Positions 1 through 13,783 of a DNA stretch of 64,000 nucleotides are shown here, piece after piece. Every line of letters starts with the position of its first letter. Within the stretch, counting starts at the first letter, position 1. The position numbers were made by a program, and so were the translations under genes. Source of the stretch: Entomortierella parvispora E1425 (taxonomy: Eukaryota > Fungi > Mortierellomycota); assembly GCA_020891255.1 (NCBI GenBank), contig BQFW01000013.1:620001-684000 (forward strand), given 5' to 3'. A model generated the notes under the pieces. That model did not search any database. It was not told the DNA's origin and worked only from the letters and a program-made list of their open reading frames with translations.

Positions 1-289
1 ACAGCTTCAATCCCTTGGGTGCGTGGAGTTGAGGGATTTGCGCGTGCGCGCACTTTGGATCAACTCGACCATGAGTGAACAAAGTCGAAGGAATTCAGGC
101 AAAGCACTCCAAATGCAAACTGCAGAGGAGAAACCTCTCCACCTATAAAGCGCTGCGCGAACGTACTAAATACTCTTTGTGATGGCGCACCCCTGAAATA
201 AAATCCTCTTCTGTGTCTTCCTTCTTTCTCTGTTTCCTTCTCTTTTTCTTTCTCTTCTGTATTTCTGCTTCTGCCTCCCTGGTTCTTCC

Positions 290-2365
290 TTGTACTCTTC
301 ATTCACCGACTGCAACAATTGCCTTCATCATCACCCAAGACTTGGTCCCTCGACTACACTCAGTACTGATACTTCCCACTTGTTTAATATCGCAACAAAA
401 AGAGCTATGGAGGTTCCTCATAATGGCATCTGTTCAACTGCGCCTGAGGCTGCGGCATCAGAAACACCAGAGTCCGTTACTGGTACCTCTGGTTCTCAGC
501 GACACTTCTTGTCACTCAAAAACATGGACAACAAAGTATTCTCCGGCTTCCTTTCTCAAACTCGGCCGCTGGTGTTTGAGGTGTTGGATGATGCAAGTCC
601 AAGACACTTTATCATCGTACCTTCGGCACGGTCATCGAGGAAAGGACCGATGGATACATTCTTCAAACCTTTTAAATTGCATTTTCTTTGCGAATGTGGT
701 CTGCACAAAAGTCAGCAGGAGGATGCCCACACCATCTCAGATGCGATGCATCTGACAGACCATCCAGGGTATTGGCTTCAGCGACCGACAGAATTTTTCA
801 AAAAGTGTACTCCCTTGATGTCGGCGTTGGCAAAGAACACCGAATCCATGGCCCAAGTGACTTTGATATTATCAGCCGTAATCCCAATGTTCTCACCCTA
901 CGCCTATATGACTGAAGCTTTTGGCACGTTACTACGAGAAAAGATTGAGAGATATGATGCATATGGTGAAGAAGACGTCAAGTGTTTAGTGGACGAGGCC
1001 ATCGAGTCCCTAGCGAAAACAACACCTGGCGACAACGGCAAAAAACCTAAGGTTGACTGTGGGCACTCGACACTGGAGGGAAGTATCGAAGTTGAGGTAG
1101 TCAAGTTGAAAGAGTTTGGTGACTTGATCTCGCTCTTGGACAAGGCGGACAGCGAATCTCCTGTGAACCTATATCGCACCGTCACCAGGGAGGGTTGTCC
1201 TCTCTGGGTATGCCAAGCCCATCTTTGGCAAGTTCATCCTGAAGATGCGCAAAATCGCTTCATTCGATTCGTGAGAAACAGTGGAGGTTCTTTTGAGGAG
1301 ATGCAAGGCAAACTTACCATCAAGCTTAACTCCCCGTTCGAGGCACAAGAGTTTTACGACAATCTCTTTCATGATGATCGCGTACGAATACTGGAAGTGT
1401 ATTTCAGATGGGTGACAACCCGCTCCGACCTTCAGGAGCTTACAAAGGCAATACTTAAGTCACCCACGATCTTCTCCTTACACCTTAACTCTCGGCCCCA
1501 TACTCTTGAAACTTTTGCCAGAACTGCGGCGAATATATCTGCAAGAACTATGGCGACAATGTCACCCCTAACTATGGCGATCATGTTTATCCAAACTGTG
1601 GCCATCGTACCTGTAGAAGCTCTGGTAAAAATCTCCGCCAGAAATGTGGCGAGATTGTCTGCCAAAACTGTCGCGAACACGCCTGAAAGAAGTTCGGCGA
1701 AAATGTCTGCCAAACCCACGGGGAAAACTAAAATGGCTACGTTAACTCTTTTTGAGATCCCGGACATACACGCTCTCATCAACGAAATCTCTGAACGACA
1801 TCAAATCTATGCTCCGATTCTTCAACTTTTGGCAGAAGGTCCCATCGAAACAATAGAGATTCAATCTGCAGAATTTCTTGACTGCCTCCGTAATCTCTCC
1901 ACTATTCCTTGGATTCCAAATCTCGAAACCCTGGGCATCCATGAGATCCACACCGACAAAAGGAAGCGTTTATTTCTGCAACTTCTTAAACGATGCCCCT
2001 CTCTTCACACACTCCCTCTCAGCGATGTCCTTCTGGCGGTACCCAGCCTCGAAGTCTGCCCTGGTCTCCGAGTTTTGATCCTCCATCAGGATATTTTCAC
2101 GAGTTCCAGAGACCTCAAGGCTACGCTGGATAAAGCTGTCGCGCTCTTGAAGGCGCGAAAGACTACCCTCCAGATTCTGATCCGGTCGTCGCTGACCACA
2201 TCCGACAAGGATCAAGTGTCGATCACCCTGTCCGAAGGAGGGATTTCAGCAATCTCTACTAATTTGAGAGACGACGAATCGCTGAAGAGTGTCATCGAAG
2301 GGCATGGCTGGACAAGCAGTATTACCGTGTCTCATGAACGTGAGGATCCCCCATTTTTGCTCTGA
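290..2365 (+). CDS. Hypothetical 691-aa protein: Cys/His-containing N-terminal domain, degenerate LRR-like C-terminal region and an internal 8-aa repeat insert (Mortierellaceae-expanded type)
   Basis: Long intronless ORF. Motifs LHFLCECGLH, HPGYWLQRPTEFF and LYRTVTREGCPLWVC recall an expanded Mortierellaceae family. Leu-periodic segments (LETLGIHEI, LHTLPL, LRVLIL) occur in the C-terminal part. Confidence 0.7.
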   Translation: MYSSFTDCNNCLHHHPRLGPSTTLSTDTSHLFNIATKRAMEVPHNGICSTAPEAAASETPESVTGTSGSQRHFLSLKNMDNKVFSGFLSQTRPLVFEVLDDASPRHFIIVPSARSSRKGPMDTFFKPFKLHFLCECGLHKSQQEDAHTISDAMHLTDHPGYWLQRPTEFFKKCTPLMSALAKNTESMAQVTLILSAVIPMFSPYAYMTEAFGTLLREKIERYDAYGEEDVKCLVDEAIESLAKTTPGDNGKKPKVDCGHSTLEGSIEVEVVKLKEFGDLISLLDKADSESPVNLYRTVTREGCPLWVCQAHLWQVHPEDAQNRFIRFVRNSGGSFEEMQGKLTIKLNSPFEAQEFYDNLFHDDRVRILEVYFRWVTTRSDLQELTKAILKSPTIFSLHLNSRPHTLETFARTAANISARTMATMSPLTMAIMFIQTVAIVPVEALVKISARNVARLSAKTVANTPERSSAKMSAKPTGKTKMATLTLFEIPDIHALINEISERHQIYAPILQLLAEGPIETIEIQSAEFLDCLRNLSTIPWIPNLETLGIHEIHTDKRKRLFLQLLKRCPSLHTLPLSDVLLAVPSLEVCPGLRVLILHQDIFTSSRDLKATLDKAVALLKARKTTLQILIRSSLTTSDKDQVSITLSEGGISAISTNLRDDESLKSVIEGHGWTSSITVSHEREDPPFLL

Positions 2366-2410
2366 ATCCGAGTGTCTCGTCAGACACGCCGAAAAAAACG
2401 CGTCGCGCCA

Positions 2411-2441
<31 letters not shown>

Positions 2442-3352
2442 TCCTTTGCATGATGGAAGGAGAAGGAGAGGGGAAATATGTTTTACGTGCCACCAAAAGA
2501 AAAGACCCTCTCCGATACAGCTCTAGTTACCACAACAACAATATAGATCGTCAGGCGTGCAAATCAGTCACTTGGAACCTACAACACCAAAAGATCTGTC
2601 TTCCCAGTTCCCTCACAACTATTTTTCTCCCATCTCAATTTCTGTTTTATAATACATTCTCTTGCTCTATAATGGCACGTTATTGAATGAAATAGCTTCA
2701 TGGCTGTGTGTATTCGAAGAAAGAAGGTTAAATGCAGAAAATTATTATTAATCGAAAGCATCGAGGCGCTTTTGAAAGATCGGGGCGATGTATCTCCAAG
2801 GCCAAGAAGGCTAGCGCTGCTTATAACATCTCTTATGATACCAAACTTCGCTATTTTATTCTACCTTCAACGAGCTGTCAAAGTTGTCGAGGTCGACAGT
2901 GATTTCTTTTTTTTCTTGTCATAGATCCCTCTGAGGCGCGTTTTCCATTTTTTTTTTTTTTTTTTTTTGCAACAATTTATTTGCTATATCGAGCCAAAGA
3001 GATGAAGTGTGAGACCAAACTATCCACAACTTGAGCAAAACCGCGTGGTCCAGACCAACGATGACCCCGGATCCCCGCGCAACAAATGCCACGACTCATC
3101 GCCGTGTAATTATGAAGAGTAAAATGTTACAAAAAATGGACCTTCCCAATATTTTCTAGTGTCGATAAATGAACCTGGCCGTGCACTCAAGCCAGTAGGC
3201 GCTAGTCTGCCAGCTTTGGAGCGTCTTGGGCACCTGGGCCACTCTGAGGCGCGGTTTCCAAAAATAAACCCTTAAGTTGAGGAAGATATACCCTTAATTA
3301 AATAAATTTCTCATTTATAGATGTTTTGATGACCCTGACATCAAAAGAGTTC

Positions 3353-3425
3353 GCTCGCTTAGCTTGGTCGGTAGAGCGTTGTGCTAATAACGCAAAGGCC
3401 GCAGGTTCGATCCCTGCAGTGAGCA
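3353..3425 (+). tRNA. tRNA-Ile (AAT anticodon)
   Basis: 73 nt. Acceptor stem GCTCGCT/AGTGAGC, anticodon arm TTGTG-CTAATAA-CGCAA, T arm GCAGG-TTCGATC-CCTGC, followed by a T-run terminator. Confidence 0.96.
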
Positions 3426-3557
3426 TTCGATTTTTTGCCCTTCTCTTTTGGAGGGAGGCATGGGTGCGTCCAACCAACGACCTTGTCGATGGTCATAATT
3501 TTTTTTTTATTTTTTTTCTGTGAGTGAAGTGTGAGGCACCGCTCAATTGCTGTTTGA

Positions 3558-5419
3558 TCAATGTTGGTGCAACAGTTGTTGGAACATGACATCCAATCGC
3601 GGTTTCTTTCTTGGGTCAGGAACTGGGCGGGAACATTCATTGGTAACCTCTGTCACCAACATATCGCGTAAAGCTTGAACATATTCCTCCAGCATGTCAG
3701 GGTTCCACTCCATCTTTCCGGGTCGCTGTTGTGTAACTGCAAGCGAGGAATGTCCATGGCTCTCCAAATCCAAATCCGACCTCATTGTCGACGCGGTCGG
3801 CACAGGCAACTTGAATGCACCAAAGATCTCCCGTAAGTTTTCCTTCATCTTCAAATTCTTCATCTTGTCTCGACCATAGATGTCGTGCAGAGCGTCATAG
3901 CGGCGTTGAAGGTCAATCAGCTTCTGAGAAACATCCTCTGCGGTCGTTTGTGTAGTGGTTGTGTTGGTGAACGTACTTGTCGTTGTCTTTGCCGGTTCTC
4001 GAGACGCGAAGGGGGAGATTGAAGGTGACCGCTCGCGTCCCGCTTCACAGGCTACATCGACTGATCCTTGCACTTGGACGACAATCGATACTCCGTTGCT
4101 GTTGATGGACAATGGCGGTCCGATGTTTTGAACCGAAGATCTCTTTTTGGCAATCGATCTGTCCTCCGAATCCTTTGGCGAGCCAACACTCTGAATTTTC
4201 ACAAACGACCCTGTGGACGTGGCGCGTTTTCCTTGCAGAGAGCGTCGGCACCTGGCGTCGCGTCCTCCAGAACTTGGGCTCTGAAAAGTCCAGTCCATGT
4301 CCGACTCATCTCTATCCTTTGTTCTGCCACTCGACGCCTCACCTTCCTGTCTTGTCCACTTTCCTCCTGACCACGTATATGAATGTCGTCGACCGAGTTC
4401 TGGTCGCTCCATCGAGTCGTCGGAACTTTGGCGAGAATATTCAGAAAACAAACTGTCCTCCGCTCCACGAATTCTTGGCATTCTCGGATCTTGTCGAGAT
4501 CTGGGTCTCTTTTTCTTTGTGAGAGCCGTTGGGAAAGCCGAGCTGGGAAAGAGCGGAGAATCAGGGCCCTTTGATAACGTCCATGATCCTGCGCTGTCCA
4601 TGGGCGATTCTGGAGGTGTGGTATGATTCTGATGCTGTTGGCAGAATAGGCGTGGTTTCCTGCCTTTGAGGATCAGATCGTGGTCTTGAGCGCAGGTGAC
4701 ATGCATCATCTGAGAGCAACCTGGAAAGCTACAAGGGGAGCATATGCCTTCCGACGATCTGCAGATCGCGCATGTGGCTCTACTCATCTTTGATGGACTA
4801 AAGAAGATTGTTTCTTCGTTCTGGTTCAAGAACTCGTTGAAACGCGCACATGCAACATGGATATATACGTTCGGAGTGGTAGTCCGTTTGAAGAGTCCAG
4901 AGGTTCGAAGGCAACAGCAGTTTGGCTAGGTCATGGAAGTGGTGATGAAAAGGTTAGTTGACTATTTCAGGAAGAGTGCCTCAATTTTCATCTTTGTAGT
5001 GAGTGCATGCTATGATATCATGATGCTCAGCGTGTTGTAAACAGGGATCCTGTCTTCGCATCGTTGACAATACCAGTTACCAGAAGGGATGTTTGTTACG
5101 CCGTAGCACTTTTGATGAACAGGAAGGTCACAGTCTAAGAGTACATCCAAGCAAGGATGTGGGGTAGTTGTGTTAGAGTGTTTTGTGCCACGAGATGCCG
5201 ATCCTTCCTTCAAACATTGTCCGTCCTCAAGTTCCAATTTTTTTTACCTCGACCGTCGCAAAAGAGGATTTCATTCCCTGGGGCTGATCTTCCTGATCCA
5301 CAGACAGAGCACGTGCCAGAAGGTGCGATACAGAGAACGGGCGACTGAGATTCGGACTGATATTGGTTCGACCATGGGTCTCCTGGAGATTCAGGGACTA
5401 TAGAGCGATAGAAAGACAT
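3558..5419 (-). CDS. PHD finger + zinc knuckle + PHD2 (PZP module) chromatin reader with C-terminal coiled coil, AF10/AF17/BRPF/JADE-like; 3 exons
   Basis: Spliced exons give CSVC..ILFCDGRDC..HQKCYG..WYCQRC, then HVACA, CAIC..C..C..HVTCA..FCQQH. Intron 1 (about 5135-5247) is GT-AG and in frame. The second intron donor and the start codon are uncertain. Confidence 0.8.
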
Positions 5420-5879
5420 GGATAGTGTGGTGTGAGAGAAAGAGAAAGAAAGATAAAGTGCAGGGAGCAGAGGAGAGGGATTTGGGGCTGTGAATGAATG
5501 TGCTCTCAAGCAGATGAATGACGCAGAGATGGAGAGAGATGGAGAGGCAATGAGGGCAAACCAAACAAAAGAAAAAAAAAGAAGACCTTTGCAACAATAG
5601 CTGCTGCTCCTCCCTTCCTGTGTCTTGTGTGGTACCTTTCTGCGCGTGGTGACAACGAACCAGTGGCAAAGACTCTTTTTTGAGTCTGTGCGACGCGAGT
5701 GGCGAAGGGTACACCCTTAACTGCCGAAGAGTCCCTCACTTTCTTCACTACCCCTGTTCTTCAGCCTACTCTCTTCTCCTTTGCATCACTCTCTCTATCG
5801 TCCCACCATCGCACCCACCCGCGCTGCTCTATCCTCCTTATTCGAATTCCACCCGACCCGGCCCTACGCTTTCTCTACC

Positions 5880-7188
5880 ATGACCCTCGCAAACTCCGAA
5901 ATCGTCTACTCCCATGCTGACCTCAAGCTCATTCCCACCTCCAACCCCGACCTCATCGCCCGCACCTGGACCAACAACAAGCAGGAGTGGGGAAAGACCC
6001 TCGACATTGGCATCTACCACGAGCGTGAGAAGGTCCTAGCCAGCCAGGAATTCACCGCAAAGGGTAAGCTCCAGGTCTGGATCCTCGTCCCCAAGACCTT
6101 CACAGGTGAATCCTCGTCCGATCTCGATCAGATCCTGTCGGCCGTCGAATCCTTTGAGCGTCCTGGCTTGATCGCCACCAAGGAAGGAGGCATCAAGGAG
6201 GGCGTCTCTGTCAGTATTGCCTCGGTTTTCACGCCTGCCCACTACCGCGGCCATGGTTATGCCTCTCTCATGATGAAGTAGGTTTCTAGCCCTTTTTTTC
6301 TGCCGTTGAGATCCTCTCCTTTTTTGTCCACGTTTATAATTTTTGTCAATTACACCCTGGGAATCTGCTACTTTCGGTGACTGATCTTCGATTACTCCTC
6401 CCTTCTCTCCCTTCTCTCCCTCCCCCTCCCCCTCTACCTGTCTCTTTCACTCCCAAACCAGGTTGCTCTGGAAGGAAATTGAAAAGAAGGACAATGTCGT
6501 CTTCACATTCCTCTACTCGGATGTCGGTCCTACTTTCTATGGGCGTCTGGGATGGGCTCCTATGCGTTCGGACCAAATGGTGATCCCCACCACCCACGCG
6601 GTTCAGAAAGGCGCTGCCACAACGGTTACACTCGAGTCTGTGTCAGATGCTAGTCTCGCCAAAATCACCCAGCTCGACGCCCAATTACTGCGGGAAACTT
6701 TGAAGACCCGAGTGGAGTCTTCTGCGGATTCTACGACGGCTCTGGTAGCGGTCACGCCCGAGCCAAAGTGCATTTTCTGGCTTCATGCCCGCTCTCGGTT
6801 TGTGGCGCAACATATCCACACTTTGGACGAGGCTGGGTCACGCTACCAAATCACTGACCTCGGCGCCAAGGACACGGCCAGCGATAGCTTTGTGCTCTGG
6901 TTCCATGATTTGTTGGAGGACCAACTCTACATTATCCGTTGGCGCGTGGATCCCAAGGCCAAGGATACGACTGCTGTCTCTGCGGCCCTGGTCCGTGCTG
7001 CTCAGGACGAGGCTCGAAAGGCCAAGTTGGCCAAGGTTGTTATCTGGAACCCTGACCAGTCCCTGTCTGATGTCTTGGGTCTTCCCATTGAGCATCGTGA
7101 GAGCGCCATTCCTAGTCTCGGCTTGACCCCATCTTCGCCTGGTGTACCTGTGGAATGGGTCATGAACGAAAAGTACTCTTGGTGCTAG
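5880..7188 (+). CDS. GNAT-family N-acetyltransferase, LYC1-like; 2 exons
   Basis: Acetyl-CoA motif SVFTPAHYRGHGYASLMMK is spliced (GT near 6278, AG near 6461) to LLWKE..FLYSDVGPTFYGRLGW. C-terminus SAIPSL..W..NEKYSWC. Confidence 0.85.
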
Positions 7189-7502
7189 AAAGGCAAAGAC
7201 GCAATGCAACGTCAATCCACCGCCGCTCTATACCCCAGCAATGTCGTCGTTTTGTCGTTCAATAGACTGTCATCCTGTTAGTTTGTCCTGCGAGAACAAT
7301 AATAAATGATACAGCGAGGTTGTCCTGGTATATCTGTTTTTTTTCCTCCCATTGTTTTAATAAGAAAAAATGGCAAAGCTTGGTCTTTTGTCTATCTTTT
7401 TTTTTTTCTGCCTGGACGATTTTCTCTCCTGAATCCAGGCCGGTTTTTTTTGTTCTGTAAAGTCGATGATCCGTTGTTCACTCCTGATAACCGCCAAACT
7501 TC

Positions 7503-9066
<1,564 letters not shown>

Positions 9067-9654
9067 GATGATGATGGATAGGTGGTGATGACGGTGATGA
9101 TGAAAAGTAAGGAAAGAGATGGAAAAGAGAGATGGAAAAAAACATAAAATAGAGGTGAGCCTGCCAGCGGGACTTTTTTTTTTTGCTTCTTTCCTGACAT
9201 CGTCACACATGTGCTCTTTAGTGCAACAACACCAGGTCACCAATCGTCCTCCTTCCTCCTCTTCCCGTCCAAGGCAACAAAGCCATGTGGGGGAAAGGAC
9301 ACTTGGACCTCTTCAACTCGACATCGACCGCGCTGTGCTCTAAGAGTTGCCCTTGAGCATGTTCAGAGCGCGTGCCATATTCAATTGCTTCTCATCTCAC
9401 AGCCTCCGAGACGCGCGAGAGCTCGCGCGAGTCAGCAACATATCTCGAGGCTCACTGGCTCACTCTTTTTTTTTTTTTTTTTTCAAAAAAACAGGGCCCT
9501 GTCCATGTTTCTCTTCCCTGAGGCCCGTTCCTTGCATGTTGGTCCACAAGAGCACAGTCAATTGGTCATATTGTGTTTTTAGTACTAAAATGCTGGTAGA
9601 TATGCTACATGAAGAGAATGAAGGTGGTCGAAGGTAGGAAGCGGGACAATTGCT

Positions 9655-10885
9655 CTAGAAACGCTCCTTCATACGAGCAGCCTTTGAACGGAGTGTTGAG
9701 TAAACCTTGCCTGGTGGGGATCCAAGAATCAAAGACACAATAGCGTCTCTTGCGGTCTTGATGTTTTGGAAAGACCCGAGAATATGGATACGACTAAATT
9801 CAAAAATAGAAAGAAAAGAAAAAAAAAAGGTTAGCTTGATTATGCCCTGAATCTGCCCTGACTGCCCTGCAGAACTTGGATCTTTTTCCATTTGATAGAT
9901 GCACATACGTTTCTGCAAGAACAATGCGGGTTTTGCTGGCGTTCTCAATGGTGAACTTGGTCTTTCCGTCCTTTCCAGCAATACGTCCAATAGCACGAGA
10001 CAAATGGTCGCCGTTCAAAGTCTTCACATCCTTAATCTCAAACGAATCCAAGTACAAGTCATCAAGACGGAGCAAAGCGGTAGCATCCTATTGTTGATAA
10101 AAGAAACAAGAACAGCATTAGGGGTCATCCGAGTAAAAAAGCCTCCACCATCCAAATTATTGAGCCATGTTGTTTCCTGAGAGAATGTCAACTTACGTCC
10201 AAGTCGAATCCAAGAGAGAAAGCACGGATAAAGTCAGCTCCCTTCTGCAATGCTCCAGTGTCATCGGTATGCTTGGAGGTCTATTGTGAAGGTCAAAGAA
10301 ACATATCCGTTAGAATCAACTCATGTCAGCGAGATTTGTAGTTTTGAAAGAAAACTTGGCAGTATCAACAGGGACAAAGGTACTTACTCTGATCTCGACC
10401 GACTTGCTCTTGACGTTCATGCGGACCTGGAGCTTCAAGTGATCAACCAAAGGAGTGTAAATCTTGAGCCACTCGTTCTTAAGAGGGGTCATTCTGTGGG
10501 GGGGAATAGGGATCTTGCGCTGCTGGGCCGAGGTCTTGGACTACATATAAGGAAGTCATACGAAGCATTAGTCTTGGCCCAAGTCCTTCAATCCCGACTT
10601 TTTTTCCATTCACAGTCCTGTCAAAAGAGGAGACTTTTGTGATTGAAGAGGAAGCAAAAACAGGTTTCGTACAGTCATCTCGCTGGCCTTCAGGGCAGCA
10701 AACTTTGGCTTGTCAGCAGTATCCATGTCCATGTCTTCGGTCTCTGCAGCATGTCCAGCGGCGTTTCCATGCTCGGGAAGGGTATCAGCAGAGATCAGGA
10801 CATCATCCTCGTCTTCCTCGATATCGACGGCGGCAGAAGGCTTTTGAACGGGCTTGGGACCCTTGTATGAGGCCAAAGAGGACAT
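9655..10885 (-). CDS. PNO1: Pre-rRNA processing KH-domain protein PNO1/DIM2; multi-exon
   Basis: [72 protein letters not shown] and [15 protein letters not shown]. Confidence 0.95.
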
Positions 10886-11490
10886 TATATATGGAATGTA
10901 GGGAACAAGTAGATGTGGTGAAGGAAGGATGCAGCGAGGAGGAAGAATGAAAGGAAGAAAGGATGCAATGCAACAAGGACTATAGGTGATGATGAGAGTG
11001 AATGCAAATTGTCAGGCCGACCGAGCAAATGTTGAAGGAAGTCTCTTTCTTTTTTTTTTTTTTTTTTTTGGCAAACATTCTAAGCCACAGTGACTGCTAA
11101 AATGAAGATTGCTGAACATGTTCGTTTTTCAATGGTCGTCCTTCTTTATTCTGCTTCAGCTTCAACAACCTGTGCTCATGTTTCAAAAAAAGGTGTCTTT
11201 TGTAACATTCCGCACCACCATTGCGCACACCGTATAGCGCGAAAATATCTTCACTTAAATTATTTCCTCCTCCCTGGGTTTTATAAGCATGGAAACTAAT
11301 CATTGTGAAAAAAAGAACAGTTGTGAGTAAGGATACACAGGGCGTATTGTAATCATGACCTTTGACACAATGTAGAATCATCGTACCCTCTTAGTAATAA
11401 CCCCGTCGTCTCGTCCATTTAAACTGAGCGGCCCTGAGCGCCCAGTTTCTTCCCCTCCTGAAGCGATGCAGCGTTGTCTTCATCTTCGGG

Positions 11491-13257
11491 TCAATCTAGT
11501 AGATATCAATTGAAAAAGGACAGCGTTAGAAAAAGTCGCCCAGTAAGAATTAGAGAATAAAGGCCAACGAGCACTGTATATGATTTCCTACCCGAGAAGA
11601 ACTCATCCGAATCGTAGGTGATAGCATCAAAGTCGAGCTTGTAACGAAGGAGACCTCCGATACCACCGAAGCCCTTCACGAACTGAGAGCCCTCCTGCGA
11701 TCTGTTGGTGACGAACTCAAGGGTGGCACCTATACATTAAGAGTTGAATAGATTTTCGGTGCAAAGCATGTTAGATGCACATCCCAAAGCGTGGTGGACA
11801 CAAATCAGCCAAAACTTATAATTACCGAAATCCTTGTACTTCTCGGCGAGCCACTCCAACATGGGCATCTTGTCGACAACCTCCATCTCGGAACCATCAA
11901 GAGGATCGATAAAGTTGGTACGCTCCTTCTCCTGGTCCTTGTTGAGGTGCTTGATATCCAATTCACCAGCAGAGTTGCGGAGAGTGATGCGGGAAATGTC
12001 CAAGTTCTCCCAAACAATAAGAGTCTCGACAGCGCCCATATCCAAAGCCTTCAAGGTATCCTCGACTCCGAAGCAGTACTTTCCAGTATCCAAGGAAATG
12101 GCATCGAAGTACTTGGAGATCAAACGCTTCTCCTGGATGAACTTGACGTTGGACAAAGCCTCGGCAGAGAGCTCAATAGCCTGGTTGAATCCGTTCTCTC
12201 CACCATAGGAAACATCAACAATCTTGACGACCTTGGCCTGAAGACGGGGATCAAAAAGATCGGACTGGGAGAGCTCAGTCTTGAAATCAGCGGAACCGGC
12301 AAGAACAATACCGGTGACGTTGACCTTGTCGTTGGTGATGAAATGCTGGACACTCATCTCGGCGACCTTGCGCACATAGTTGTGGCGCTTTTCGTCACGA
12401 AGACGCGAGAAACGCAAAGCAGACTGACCTCCACGACCGTGCTTCTTGGGCAGATCGACGGTGAACTTGTGGATGACATCGCGGGTGTTTCCAGAGACAG
12501 TTCCGAAAAGGGTACCGTTACCATCCATGATGACGAATCCGAACTTGGAGTCAGACTCGAGGAGCTCAGACAAAGCCTCCGTGTGGAACTTGTTGTCGCA
12601 CATGTACAAGGAGGTGTTGATGGGCTTGTGTGGGGGGAAGTCAATGTTGACCTTCTTCTCCTTACCCTCGTCAGTAACGATGGTGCCGCAGTAGACAACA
12701 AGACCAGTGGGGGGGACTAGATACGTTGGAATAAGAAAGGAACGCTCGTTCAGTCATCAAATCAAGCCGCAATCGCAGTGATGTTTCAACACCAAAAAAT
12801 GATGCAGTAAAACAGGGTGCACGGGGCATCAATATCATTATCAGTTGTAAAGTGGCTTTGTCGCGAGGTGAAGTACTTACCCTTGGAGTACAACTTCAGA
12901 CGGGCGAGGGTCGAGGTAATGGCGGAGAGGACAGACAATCTGTTGACTCTGCTCTTGATGTTGGAAGCAGTTCCCTGCTCATCAGCCAACATCTTTGCCA
13001 CACGAGAGATTTGATCACCAGGAGGGATAATCAGCGAGATCATGGAGGTTCCGTTACTACACACAGGAAAAGAGGAGAAAGTCAGGATTGAGAAACAGCT
13101 TGCAAAAGGTGGACAAGAACAGGCCAGCAGACAGCGCAACAGGCACTTCTGGTCGGGACAAGACGTCTTACCCGCGAGCGGCTTCAAGACCCTTGATCAG
13201 CTTCTTGACCTTCCACATCTCAATGTTGTTGTCGATAGTATCCGCAGGCGTAGACAT
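11491..13257 (-). CDS. SUP45: Eukaryotic peptide chain release factor 1; multi-exon
   Basis: [33 protein letters not shown] motif ([13 protein letters not shown]), [12 protein letters not shown] and GGQ motif ([13 protein letters not shown]). The last intron splices to give ..EFFSD-stop at 11491. Confidence 0.97.
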
Positions 13258-13783
13258 GATGCTAAAGAGGGGGAGGGGGGAGGGAAGAACAGGAAAGAAG
13301 GACGATCAGCTGAGAGTTTGCGATTGAATAAGAAAAAAAAAAAAGAGAAGGAGAGACAAAGGCTGGCCAACGGGAACAGGGTCAGAAGGGGACAGGGCAG
13401 CGAATGACAGAGCTGGATGATCGAGGGTTTAGTGCAGATGGAAGGGACAGGGGGGCAGCGGTGGATCGGCGAAGGGGCCTTACGATGAATTCTACCCGAT
13501 GGGGTGGGGTGCGATTAGGAAGGGGAGGGAGGGGGGAAGGAGGGGGGGAGGGAGGAGAAGAAAAGAAATGAGCAGGATCGACCACTTTTGACCAATGCTC
13601 GCATGAATGCGATGACGCTCTTTTCTTGATGGCACTGTCAACCGCAGGCAGGCAGCGTGGGCGGGGGATGTGTGCCAGACGTGTGTGAACAAAAAAAAAA
13701 AAAAAAAAAAAAAAACACCGTTATATCCTCGCATTAATATCTGGAAATAACGTTAGTTGGAATCACGTGATTTATTTCAACTT

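Noticed and set aside
2560-2925. AT-rich stretch with short ORFs after the first gene, considered as a transposon remnant
   Set aside because: No terminal repeats or transposase/RT motifs could be identified.
11791-12720. 309-aa + strand ORF
   Set aside because: Antisense shadow of the codon-biased eRF1 exon, with no recognisable motifs.
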